64,000 bases of DNA from Geodia barretti. Its lineage: Eukaryota. Of the stretch, positions 37,488 to 48,637 are shown in pieces. Positions within the stretch are counted from its first letter, which is position 1. Each line of letters starts with the position of its first letter. The stretch spans positions 8,806 to 72,805 of the forward strand of contig CASHTH010003779.1 in assembly GCA_030341885.1 (NCBI GenBank), in the 5' to 3' direction. The notes below the pieces were generated by a model. The model worked only from the letters and a program-made list of their open reading frames with translations, was not told where the DNA came from and made no database searches. The translations under genes and the position numbers were made by a program.

Positions 37488-38693
37488 TCAGTCCACAAAC
37501 AGTTCGCCATCCTCTGCTGTGGGGCCAAAGGCAGTTTCACCACCTTTTCCAGCCTGCAAGACAACAGACAGTCACACGCATCAGGTTGTATTGGCTTTGT
37601 AACACACAGACCTGACAAAGACTAGTGTGACTTGTACAGCTGTCGCCAAGTGATGATGGAGAGTTTATAGCCTCAACATTACCATACATCACTGCATCAT
37701 AGGCTGTCCTCATCTGTACACAGTAGAGGAGAGAAGACTCACATATGGTATATAATAGTGCTAAGAACATAAGACCTGAATGGCAGACCTGGAGTAGGGC
37801 ATCCTTCCCACCGCCGTACCCAGCCCAGGACAGAGAACCCTGTGGATCTTGTCCTCGCTACTGGCTCCTGATGATTGATACTCCAACACTGTGATATGGA
37901 TAAGCCATTTAGTGCCCGACAGACGATGCAAGGATTCACCAGATCTAAGAACTGCCCGAAAGGCGAGGTAGGAGTTGACTGTTGTGGAGATATTGGTGGG
38001 TATTCTCATGGTGGGAGCTGAGACCAGGTGGTGGATGGGCCGACCTTCGTTGACCGACTCGGACAATGGAGTCTTGCTAAAATCATGATCAGGAGGGTAG
38101 GCCGGCAACACCACAGCACAACCCTTTGTTTCAACACACAGAATAGTAGGTGAAATAATAGTGCAAGTGAGTGTGGTGTAACTAATCATTGCAGGGTCTA
38201 CCATACCACTGGGAGTTCCCCACTGTACTGCTTGCGCAGGAGTTCCTGCAGTCTCTTTTGTCTGTATCAATAAACATCCATTGAAAGAGATGATGTTGTG
38301 TGGTGCTCGGTGGCTCACAGGTCCCATCCAAAGTGAAGGGAGTATACCATGTCTATGCCTCCATCCATGAACCCAAAGCTATTTGCAGGAGAAACCTACA
38401 GAAGCAAAGACAGAAAATATAGCTAGTAGGAGAATCTTTACGCTTACAATTGCATCTGCAGCTGGGGCTCCTTCGAATATATCCCCGCAGGAGATCTGGC
38501 GGGAAGAGATACTCTAGAGTAACGTGCTAGTGGTTTTTGCACCCACCTCTACGAGGCCGTCAAATCTCTCCCGATCTCCGAAAGCCTCAGGGTCCTTCCA
38601 AGCCGCCACCATGTCTGGGTTGATGTCTCGGAGAAGAATCTTGAAGAAATGATCGCTACCAGACCCCCAGCTTTCGGGTGTTCCTGTCGCCAT
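37488..38693 (-). CDS. Macro-domain-like (ADP-ribose-binding fold?) protein of unrecognised family. About 6 exons. An alternative upstream start lies at 38804.
   Basis: Exon 1 is about 38548-38693, reading 'MATGTPESWGSGSDHFFKILLRDINPDMVAAWKDPEAFGDRERFDGLVE|gtgggt'. Exon 2 is about 38449-38498, 'ISCGDIFEGAPAADAIV|gtaagc'. Exon 3 is about 38312-38375, 'SFGFMDGGIDMVYSLHFGWDL|gtgagc'. Further coding lies in 37761-38262. The terminal exon at about 37488-37555 reads 'AGKGGETAFGPTAEDGELFVD*'. The poly-A signal AATAAA on the minus strand sits at about 37423-37428, within 10 bp of the FAHD2 stop. The 'GDI...DAIV(N/S)xAN...GGID' pattern resembles the macro-domain ligand-binding loop. The assignment is tentative. 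Confidence 0.35.
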
Positions 38694-38991
38694 TGCACTT
38701 TGTGTGTTGTTATCCCCAGCGTGTTCCTTTCCTAGATCCTCTCTCCGCTTTCGGCTGGCTCTGCTCACGTGATGGGCTCCAGGGGGGGTGGGGCTCAACC
38801 CCAATCAAAGCGCACCATAACAACAACAACAACGGCGTTTGCCTTCTCCTGCAAGAGTCGAGAGGTTTTCTGCGCACAACTAAGCACTGAATATACGAAT
38901 GCTGCACAATGAATGAAAAAGGTTAGACAATACGACAATAACAACAAAAAAAGCTAGCTGCATTCCTGCAGGAGATCTACTGTCGGAAAGT

Positions 38992-40703
38992 TTGCAGAAG
39001 TTGGAGCGACTCCCAACTGAAATAGGAGGAGGGAAGAGTAGGGGAGACAGAGATCAGCAATGGATCGAAGAAACGGAGGAAAAGGCGCAAAGAGGTATAA
39101 GTACAATACAGCCAGCTAGAGCCAAACCCAATAGCCACTGTTCTGTTCAACTGACAGGTAATGCAGACGCCCAGTTCTCCCTCGGACAGTATCACTACTC
39201 CCAGGGCAACCACGAGACTGCACTGCGGTACTTCTCCAGTGCGGAGGGCGGTGGGAGCGCCCAGGCCTCATACCAGCTGGGAGTAATGTTCTATGACGGC
39301 GTTGACGCTCCCCAGAACCCCGTGAGTTCATTAGTCATGCAGATCAAGGACCGTCGGAAGTGCCTTCCAACTTCCTGCGCACCCATAACTTCCTCTCTGC
39401 CTGGGGTCCACAATTCACTCATCTACTCATGTTTTCAGAAGAGAGGTTTTCAGCACATGCTGAAGGCAGCACAGTCTGGAAACTCGGTTGGTGCTGGAGC
39501 TCAATACAACATTGGCCGGGCATTCTACCAAGTGAGTGACTACATCTATTTGGTTACACATGCAGACCTCTCTCGGTTGATGAGAACCGGATATGATTAA
39601 ACCTTTAGCACGTCTCCACCCCCAATAGCCAGTGACCCAAAAACCACAATTATTCAACCAGGAAGTGTTCCATCGCCTACGTAGAAGGGTCTTTAAAACT
39701 TTGTTATAACAGGGATATGGTGTGGCACAGTCGGATGAGGAAGCAGAGAGATGGTGGCTAAAGGCGGGAGAGGGAAGAAGATCAGTGGAGGGGGGAGAGG
39801 GAGAGAAGGAGGAGGAACAAGGGGGAGAGTGGGAGAGTGTTGTGAGAGCACAGAACACACTAGGCATGTTTTACTCCCGACAGGAAACTCAAGATTTGGG
39901 GAAAGTGAGTTATAGTTGCAATGGGCAGGAGGTAGCAACACACCATACTATAATAGTGCAACAACTCTTCAGTCCCTTTCTTCACTACTATTGCCAACGT
40001 TGGAGGTGTTTGCTATAATATAACAGATTTCTCTCTTATATTCCGAGTTTACAGACAGTTATATCTCCTGCAGTCACTCCACTGGCACTCGTGTGCTGCT
40101 GAAAATGGCCATTTGGAATCCATGGGTAAGTCAACAGTAATCACTGATAGACATCAGCCAGTTTCCACCCTCAGCGGCGGCAGGCCTGATGAGACTAAAC
40201 GGTAGGGGCTGCCCGCGAGATGTGACTGCAGGGCTGCAATTGCTGAAGAACGCTGCAGCTGGAGGAAGTCTGTATGCAGCAGGCCTACTAGCACTCCACT
40301 ACTTCACTTCAAAGCTTTTCTCCAAGTCAACTGAGACAGCACTCAGGTATATAGGTATGATTACCCCTGTTGTATCAAGGAACAAAGCACTAACCAAATG
40401 CAGTGTGTGTGAGTTGCAGAGTGATGCAGGCAGTCTGTCAGTGCTGGAGAGAAAAGGAATGTCTCTCGCTTGCTTCACTCTGGCCCGCTCTCTCCAGCTA
40501 GGCCAGGCTGTTTCTCAGGACCTCGATAAAGCCATCCAGTACTTCACCAAGGTGACAGGCTTTTATAATGCCGGATGCACCAATAGCAATTGCCTGCTTC
40601 TCTCTTCTCCCTCTCCCTCATCTCTTGCTCTCTCCAGGCAAAAGGTTACGACAAAGACACAGTAGCTGAGCTGCACACCCAAGTTATTCATGGACTGTTA
40701 TAA
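38992..40703 (+). CDS. LRP2BP: LRP2-binding protein (LRP2BP; Sel1-like repeats). Exons are about 38996-39095, 39159-39321, 39439-39530, 39713-39905, 40074-40125, 40175-40551 and 40638-40703 (TAA). There is no in-frame ATG in the first exon, which begins at an acceptor-like tttgcag|. The initiator may therefore lie in an unrecognised upstream exon.
   Basis: 'QKLERLPTE' matches human 'MKLTSEKLPKN'. 'ASYQLGVMFYDGVDAP' matches 'ATYQLGVMYYDGLG'. 'AQYNIGRAFYQ' matches 'AAYNLGRAYYEG'. 'SDEEAERWWLKAGEG' matches 'SNEEAERLWLIAADNG'. 'SLHWHSCAAENGHLESMG' is present. '...ALTKCSVCEL...KGMSLACFTLARSLQLGQAVSQD' matches 'FFTKCVAFSK...[23 protein letters not shown]'. The C-terminus 'AKGYDKDTVAELHTQVIHGLL*' matches '[21 protein letters not shown]'. 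Confidence 0.8.
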
Positions 40704-40856
40704 GTGTACAGTACTTCTCGAGTGCAAAACTCCGCGCGCGCATGCATTTCCGGGGTGCAGAACCGAACCGCCACGACGACAGGTCGGCGGGTTTTATAAA
40801 AATGCGTGCATGGAGCTCTTCAAAACAGAAATATCCGATTGTGCTAGAGAATCGAA

Positions 40857-41677
40857 ATGGCTGAAGAACGAAACAGATTTGCTTCCCTATGGGAAAAAGT
40901 AACGTCCACAGGAGAGTACTTGAGACTTGGCGCAATTGTACGTGAGTGACGGGACTCGTCAATTTTGCATTGTAGTGGCACTAAAGCGACATGCATATCT
41001 CTTACGCAGATCGCCAGCAGCCTTACCTTGATCGCAGGAGCCATAGCTCTCAACACAGCCATGAAGTATGAACCCAAGACGGCTGAGGAGGGAGATGGTG
41101 GACTGGTCGAGTCCGGAGAACGCCCGGCGAACGGACCACTCATCGATCAGACATTGGTCGTGACGGGGATTCTGACGGCCGCCGCCGCAACGACACTCAT
41201 TCTGCAGACGGCGCTCATTCTCGCGTCGAAATGCTGCGTCTACGTCTACGAGCCTTCCCTCTCCACTCTTGTCTACCTCAAGCTAACGGTACGTTTTTAT
41301 GGTTCGCAAAAAATCACACTGCATTCTTCATATTATACTCTGCAGGATTTCTTGGCTAGTTTCGTACTGGTGGTGGCTGCAACGGGAAGCACAACTCTAG
41401 AAGGTGTAGTGGCATATCACTGGTCCAACATCAACCAAGACAGTAGAGATGACAGTCTGTTCAGAGCCGTAGCTGGAAGCACCGTGAGTTATTCTAATAA
41501 AATTCACTTTCTGATTCCAAATTTTTCCTCTCTGTTTCCCTGCTGCAGACATTTGCCTCTCTGCTGTGCCTAATTTTGTTGGCTCTGTGCATCGTGACTT
41601 TTTACACTTTCTATTTGCTGCACAAATCATCATCACGCAACAGACAGAAAACTGTCAGCAGTATTGCAGCTGTGTAG
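40857..41677 (+). CDS. Small four-transmembrane (tetraspan-like) membrane protein of unknown family. About 4 exons: about 40857-40937, about 41011-41291, about 41346-41486 and about 41549-41677.
   Basis: 'MAEERNRFASLWEKVTSTGEYLRLGAI|gtacgt' is followed by 'IASSLTLIAGAIALNTAMKYEPKTAEEGDGG...TLVVTGILTAAAATTLILQTALILASKCCVYVYEPSLSTLVYLKLT|gtacgt', then 'DFLASFVLVVAATGSTTLEGVVAYHWSNINQDSRDDSLFRAVAGSTV|gtgagt', then 'TFASLLCLILLALCIVTFYTFYLLHKSSSRNRQKTVSSIAAV*'. Four hydrophobic helices. An imperfect NRF-1-like GCGCGCATGCA element lies at about 40732-40746 just upstream. The exon 1/2 junction is uncertain. Confidence 0.45.
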
Positions 41678-41873
41678 TTTGCCTATTGTGTTACGTGTGA
41701 TTCTCTCTGTTTATTTTCATTCAACCATCTTGTAACATTTCCCATGGGTACACCCCAAACTCAATTATTGTCGTGGACATACATAACTACACACACTCAA
41801 CAATCTTGACATATTTCAATGGCAGTGGCTGCACAAGTTATATCAACGACCGTTCATTGAGTTGGCTTCTGTG

Positions 41874-44800
41874 TTAGTAGTTGGGTGCGTACTGGTGTAG
41901 CTGCTCCTGGAGGCGTTTGTTTTCCTCGCTCAGTCTGTCAATCTTCTCGTGTAGCGCAGACACTGCCGTGCCGACCTGTTGCTGTGGAAAGAACATGAGA
42001 GGTTAATTGTAGCTATAATTATTATCTCAAACACCCACACCCCCTCCCTCCCTCAATACAAACATTGGCTCATTACCTGCAACATTAGAAACTGTCTGAA
42101 CATGTCGAGACCCAGAGCTCTTATGTCGCGATGCACTGCAAGTCTGTTGGCAGAAATATACAGTACATATAGCATAGAGTCATCTCATACTAAGGGGACT
42201 AGCCTCATTTCTTCATTGGAGTCACGGATAAGGTTCTCCATGTACTGGAGGTGAACGCTGCTGGCCTCAGGGACGACTGGCAACTGAACCACTGCCCGTG
42301 GGTCCTTGGGAGAGGTCTCAGTGTGACAAGAGGTCTGTGTGGATACAAGTGGTCTTCCGGTCTCTGGGCCATCCACCTCCGAACCCCCTCCTTTGGTCAT
42401 TGGAGGGGAATTTGTATCACCGGGCGGCAGTGGAGATGAGTCGTTCTCGGAGGAGAGCTGAGACAAAAGTGAGGTCTGTGAAGTACTCGAGGTAGTGGGA
42501 AGTGTGTGTGGAGCACTCGGAGGATGAGTAGGTAAACACCCTTCTGACTGCCCCCCTGCAATCCCATCAAATTGTCAGTTAATGAGGGAGAAAAAGTTAA
42601 TTGACGCAAAATTCCATAGTCAACATGGTTCCACTGTTAAAGGTACAGAGTGACTTGTTTACCGGCGACTGGGTTTGGAGGAGGTTGGAGGGCACCCACA
42701 CCACTCAGAGCTGGAGTAGAAGCAGACGGAGTCATCGACGGAGCATTTCGCGGCCCCTGCCACCGTTCCCCCTCCACACCTCGGACCCCGTGAATTGGAT
42801 CCCCCACAATCGAACTCTTTGTTGTCAGACCCCCGACGAGGGAGGCCGGAGTGGGTGCATCCAGAGGCGAAAATATCCCAGACATACCTGGGCGACGAAC
42901 AACGAGCGGAGAAGAAAGTGCACAAATAGACATGACAAATGAGATGTATGAGAGCTACCATTTAAGGAGCTAACCAAGTGGAGGGTGTTGCATTGCTGGA
43001 GTAGAGGAAACAAATGTGGAAACAAGAGGATATCGGCCCCTGCAAAGCACATACACAGAGAGGAAGACAGTACAACGCAGTACTTTGATCACATTACGGT
43101 CACATCCTGGGGGCACCATTAAAGGAAAAGAGAAGCAACCAGTGTGCTCATGCAAGTCTTCCCCACAATATAACTGGCAGAGGAAGTAGGAATAAGATCA
43201 GAGGAAGTAGGCATAGTGATCGAATGGTGAGAAAGAAAGAAAAATCTTTGCTGAGATAGTATGGTCTCTACTGATAAGACTTCATAGACAACAACTTGGG
43301 AAAGTTTTCTAATTGTACAGTTAGACCTAGTCTCAGATGAACTGCTAGCACCAGCCGATGAAGCCTGCTGCCCCAGTGCGTACTGATGTGGAGCTGTGGC
43401 TGTCTTTGCGCCGCTACCACCAGTCTCACTAGCGCCAGAGGAAGGGTGGGGGGTGCTCAGCGTGGAGTCCACAGGACTGAATATCCCTGGGGTGGGGTAG
43501 AAAGGGACAGAATGAGTTGCAACCTTCTGAAAATGAAGCCAACCACAGTGTCAACGTTTGGTCCTCTTAATTACTGCACACCTTCTAAACACAAAAGGAC
43601 CAGTTCCTATGTAGTAGGAGAGGCTGCCATACCTGTGCTGTCTTTGTCACCGGCTGTCTGAGCAGGAGTGGTGAACTGGCCCCACTGGACTGCACCTCGC
43701 TGACCGGCTGGGAAGGGGGTCTGGTGAGGTAGAGCAGGGACCCTGCTAGAGAGAGCTACTACGTGAGAGGCGAGAGGGAGAGGAGGAGGAGGCTGTTGGG
43801 GCAATGGGGGAGGAGCTGTCTCGAGGGAAGGAGTGGTGGTGGGGGCTGGATGGGTGTGCTGATTGTTTAGTGGAACAGTGCAGTCAGCAGGGGTGGCAGG
43901 ACTGTCTGATGGAGTCAGACTGCTGAGTCTGGATGACTCCTTGGCTGCAGACAGTACACACACAGATAATATACTGCTTCAATAGTGTGACTGACATACA
44001 CACAACGGGAAGGAGATACTAAGACATAAGTACCTGATTTCTTTGCCTTCTTCATTGAACTTCTAGAAGACTAAAACATTAAAAGTTCAATGTATTATCC
44101 CCAACCAGGCTCTAAAACCAACCTTGGCAGAGTTCTGTTCAGCAATGCAGGTGATTGCTCCCTGGTGAGCTTCCAGCACGTGCTTCGGACTCTTCATCGC
44201 TCGCAGCTCGTAAACATACAACTTCCCTGGGAATCACAGTTCAGTTAGCATAGATACACTGAGCACCAAGCAGATCAGAGTGTCTGTTGCATGCAGCCAC
44301 TCACCATCCACTCCGCCGGCAGCGACAGTGTAGCCGTCTCTGAGAATGGTAACCGAGCTCAGCGGAGATGGCGTGGAGACCATCATCACTTCCCTGCAGG
44401 AACAGACACAGATACACCACGGTTGGTTCTTTCGTGACTCAAAACTTAGTCTACACCAAAGTACGCACAGCCAGTAAGAAGCACGTGGAGGTATATGGCT
44501 CACTTTCTCTGCTGTGTGTCGAGGAAGTGGATCTTGCAGTCCTCGCCAACGCTCACGAGAAGTTTGTTGTTGCTCTGGGCAAAGCTCAGGTCTGTAGCAG
44601 GACCTGTGCATGGTTGCAACAGCAGCCCATAACACACCTCTCAAAGTGGGGATTGTAGCATTGCGTGTGTACCAGAGGAGGGAAACTTGTGTAGCAATCT
44701 CTGAGACTCGACGCTCCAGAGACAGACACACCCACTATCGCTGGCCGAGGCAGCCACTGCTCTGTCCATGACTGAGAACCTCAGTCTCAATATGACACCC

Positions 44801-45745
44801 TGGTACACAGGGAGAGAGAGAGGTGGGTGTCTAGAGCTGGGAACTTTAACAGCCTTCTTTTTCGGATGGCATGAAACTACAAGTACACATCTGCTAATAC
44901 ACGCAGTAGGGAGATTAGGAGTTTTATGGCTCTGACTAAAACTGTTACACTGTCCTTTGCTACCGTATGTGTGCATCTGCAGACATGTTATTTTCACCTG
45001 TTCAGCTGTGTCTTTGGTGGAGAGGTTGACTGTGTTCTGGAGAGAGTGAGAGGAGGACAGAGAATGGAGGACGAGCGTCTTGTCCTGACCAGCGGACAAC
45101 ACTAGCTGGTCGCTGGAGGCACTTGCTACTGCCGTCACTGGACTTGAATGACCCTGTGATCACACACAACAAACATATTATCCCTCCCACTAGAGTGAAA
45201 CCATTCTCTATTAGATCACGCATGAAATGAGGACACCTCTCTAATCCTATTCTTTCCCAAAGAACAGTTTTTGCATGCAATTTTACCCCCGAAATAAGGA
45301 CACCTCGCCCATTTCCTTATGTCTCATTGGTGTTCTTATTAGAGGGGTTCACCGCTATGTTCCCCTGGAAAGACTCCACCCACCTCAATGGTTTTGGTGG
45401 AGTTTTTGTTCTTGAGGTCCCAGAGCATGAGAAGTCCATCGGAGGAGCCCGAGAGGAGGTAGCGGCTGTTGCCCAGGAAACATCCACACGTAAAGTGACC
45501 TCTGTCCTGGCCAGGCACAAGATAAAACAGTGAATGGGGGGGGGACCATGGAAAGAGGAGGGAGAGAGGGATGAAGAGGGAGAGGAAAGCGGATAAAGGG
45601 AAGAGATAGAAGTATACATTGTGAAGCAGCACACCAAATCAGTTTGAGGAGGGGGCCCTACCTTGTGCCATATTGTGTTCCACTCTTCACTGGCAGAGGC
45701 TGGCTCACACCAGGCAATACAGTCGCCCCACTTGGGAGCCACCAT
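41874..45745 (-). CDS. Unidentified protein with N-terminal WD40 repeats, a long Ser/Thr/Pro-rich low-complexity middle and a C-terminal coiled coil. It has at least 12 exons.
   Basis: Exon 1 is about 45662-45745, 'MVAPKWGDCIAWCEPASASEEWNTIWHK|gta'. The WD exons read 'GHFTCGCFLGNSRYLLSGSSDGLLMLWDLKNKNSTKTIE|gtgggt', then 'GHSSPVTAVASASSDQLVLSAGQDKTLVLHSLSS...TAEQ|gtgaaa' at 45001-45146, then 'FSVMDRAVAASASDSGCVCLWSVESQRLLHKFPSSG', then 'PATDLSFAQSNNKLLVSVGEDCKIHFLDTQQRK', then 'SVTILRDGYTVAAGGVDG|gtgagt', then 'KLYVYELRAMKSPKHVLEAHQGAITCIAEQNSAK' at 44150-44225. Next come 'SSRSSMKKAKKS' at about 44035-44070 and large S/P-rich exons at 42600-43990 (ORFs 43607-43963, 43119-43472 and 42637-42933). 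The terminal exon at about 41874-41990 reads 'QQQVGTAVSALHEKIDRLSEENKRLQEQLHQYAPNY*'. I do not recognise the family. Confidence 0.55.
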
Positions 45746-46252
45746 TAGCTTGCTGTCTGAGAGAAACTGTCAAAGAATTTACCCAAGAGAAAGCTATCCA
45801 GCTACAAAACAATGTATAACGGAGGCGGATACTGCTGCTGCTCCAGCCCGCCGACTGAATGTGGTAGCCAGAGCCACCGAACGGTTGGACGGATCTCTTG
45901 GAGGAAACGGACTTGTAGTCCCAGAAGACGACGCTGTCCTGGGAACAAGTGGCAAACTCCGCCATTTCGATTCTGTGTGGTATTTCTTGAAAATGCCCGC
46001 TAAAACATCGCCCCGCCCATTTTTCTCAGCCGGCCCGCCCAGCTAGCTGCGCGCGCGCGCATCTAAATTAGCCCTGCCCCCTTTTTCTTACGTGTGTGTG
46101 TGGACACGTGTATATATACGACGAAAAGCAACTTCCGCTGCTAGCTCAGCGGGTACACACCTCTCTGTCGGTGTGTAGGTATCTGCCGTCGTTCTTAGCT
46201 CCAACTTGGTGAGCTGCCTCGCCTTTGCCGTACCATCGGACGACCGAGGAAG

Positions 46253-48198
46253 ATGAGGATGCGATCAAAACTGGTGAGTCCTCCAGAGCTGCTGCGGGCT
46301 TGTCACTCTGTTCGATAGCTACCTGCGGCGTAGGCTGTCGCTGACAGACCTGAGTGTGAAGGTTTTTTTGAGTATGATTTTTTGCCAGCTCGTATATAAA
46401 GTGGCTATCAGTAGCTGCTATATATGACTATTAGCTAGTACCCTAGAACGCCTTCCCGCATGTATAGGATTCTGTTTATGTCCTGCTGCAGTATCCAGTG
46501 CCAAGAAAAGATAGTATCCCACTAATCATTGCCCTCAATAACAATTAAGACTTTTGGTACAGTTCCAAGTGTTGTATCCATCTACAATAGAGGTTGTTGC
46601 TGGGCGTGTCTTCAGCAGTACTGCTAGTCTGCCTGCTACATTTTCTACTTGCGGCACAAACCAGCCAACACTTGTAAGAAAACTCAATGAAATTTCTGCC
46701 TAATAACTGCTGCAATTCATTCTGTCCCAGGAACTCTCAAATTGCTATCATTCCTCAGAAAAATCAACAGCCAAGATTCACGTAAGTGAAATAAACAGTA
46801 CTGCATTGGAGTCAACAGAAATTGTATAGTGGACGTGCTGTTCTTGGGGAAGAGAGCCGCACTAAGGAGGACAATACCTCTAGACTGACTACAAACCAGC
46901 AACGAAGGCCCACACAAGTAACAGAGGAGCACTTAGTCAGAAAGCCACAACTTCATGTAGAGTAAGTGCTGTGTAGTATAGTACTATTTTCTACAAGGGG
47001 TTATATACATTATGGGGACCTTTTAGGTATAATGCAGGTCGAAACACTACTAGAAGGAAGTATTTAAGACGCCCTCCAGATATTCCGGACGAGGCAATGA
47101 TGGACAACGACTCTCCATGCAATTCAATGCGGTATGTATGTAACAACATTACTGTTTTTGGGTCATACCATAATAACTTTTCATCTTAACCAGGAAACAG
47201 GCTAGAAGGGCAGCCATCATAGACAGCATAAACAAAGAGAAGAGCAGGCGGAGCGATGTGGAGAGGATGGATGGTCAACCAGACGACCCCTACCTCCGAC
47301 ACAATCGCCTTAATGGCTACGGTCTTCTGAGTGAAAGAGACGTCGAAAGCATCGAGGCATTTGTCTTCTTTGTCGGGTGGCAGAGGAGCGGTCACAGCAT
47401 CATTGGCAGTCTTCTCGACGGCCACCCTGATGTGGTGATAGCACACGAGTTCCTACTCTTCTCCCACCTTCACGAGTTCACGAAAAAGAGACAGAATCAG
47501 AAGGTGTCCCGGAAGGTACTGTTCAACCAGCTTGTCGCCAACAGCTTTCGCAATGCTCGGTACGGGGAGAGGTCCTTCTTTCGTAACGAGAAGGGATACA
47601 ACCTGAAACTGTCCGGGTCTTGGCAGGGCTGTTTTCGGAGCCTGCGAATCTGGGGGACAAAGCTGCAGGTGAGGTGACAAACATGTACAGAAAGAGCACC
47701 ACGGATTTCGTTCGTCACCTCAGCAGCCTCCGATCGCTAGTAAACCTCCCACTGAAAGTCATAAACGTGATCCGGAACCCGTACGACATGATTGCAACAC
47801 TCTCGCTCTACCGCGGGTCCCCCATTGAAGACGTTAAGGTAAATGCTTCAGTGGGACACAAGTACAGTAACCAGAAAGTCATCCGCGGGGCAGCAGACAC
47901 TATACTTACAAAGGCCCACTACCTGCACATGATGTTAGGGGAGGACTACGATTGGGAACTGATTCAAATCCACTCGGAGGACTTTATCCGAGATCCGACA
48001 GCAATAATGACAGAAATCTGCAGTTTCCTTCAACTAACATGCACCAAGGACTACCTCGCACAGTGCGCCGACAAGACCTTCAAGTCGACGTCGAAATCCA
48101 GGGAAATGATTGAGTGGGACCCTGTAATAAAGGCACAGGTTGAGAACTCCATCCGCGAAATCCCATTTTTTAGGCGCTATTCATTTGACAGTGACTAG
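46253..48198 (+). CDS. P-loop sulfotransferase-like gene (PAPS-binding motifs). Multi-exon: exon 1 is about 46253-46273 ('MRMRSKL|gtgagt'), an internal exon is about 47047-47131, and the large 3' exon is about 47193-48198. An apparent +1 frameshift lies at about 47600-47690.
   Basis: The 5'-PSB-like motif is 'FFVGWQRSGHSIIGSLLDGHPDVV' (compare 'GVKKGGTRALLE'). The 3'-PB-like motif is 'VINVIRNPYDMIATLS' (compare 'RDPxxRxxS'). The product ends '...IHSEDFIRDPTAIMTEICSFLQL...PFFRRYSFDSD*'. The two halves are in different frames (ORF 47258-47677 versus ORF 47620-48198), and no credible GT-AG intron joins them. Confidence 0.55.
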
Positions 48199-48410
48199 AG
48201 TTTTAAACCACTTCCCACATTTTCACTTTTACTGCTCCACTTCTCTGTTTTCACTGCTATCCATGTTGCAAATGACAACATTTCTCGATGAGTGACAGAA
48301 AAATATATAACTTTGGGTATTGGCAGTACAATACAAGTTTGCTATGGGATCTACAGAAACGGTGTACAGTACAAGACTTACACATACATTGTGGAGTAGA
48401 GTAGGCATTT

Positions 48411-48416
48411 TTATTC
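48411..48416 (-). other. Poly-A signal (AATAAA on the minus strand) of the beta-TrCP gene, about 220 nt 3' of its stop
   Basis: 'tttttattc' on the plus strand is the reverse complement of gaataaaaa. Confidence 0.4.
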
Positions 48417-48637
48417 ACAGAGAGAGATTCTTGACATGTGCAGTAGGTCATAGATAATAGAGCGAAGGAGAGAGGGAGGCTTAAAGACTCAATGATTGAA
48501 GCAGAGAATGATATAGAGGTGAGGCCACAAAGGAAAAGTGCCAAGCCCGGAATGGCAAGCAAACAAACGTGGTGATGTTCATACATGAACTCACACACAC
48601 ACCACACACAAACACACAGAGAGAGAGAGAGAAGCTG

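Noticed and set aside
40347-40419. An intron splitting LRP2BP between 'TETALR' and 'SDAGSLSV'
   Set aside because: A 73-nt intron would break the frame. The contiguous read-through ('...YIGMITPVVSRNKALTKCSVCELQ...') aligns with human LRP2BP ('FFTKCVAFSK'). I therefore kept it as one exon, 40175-40551.
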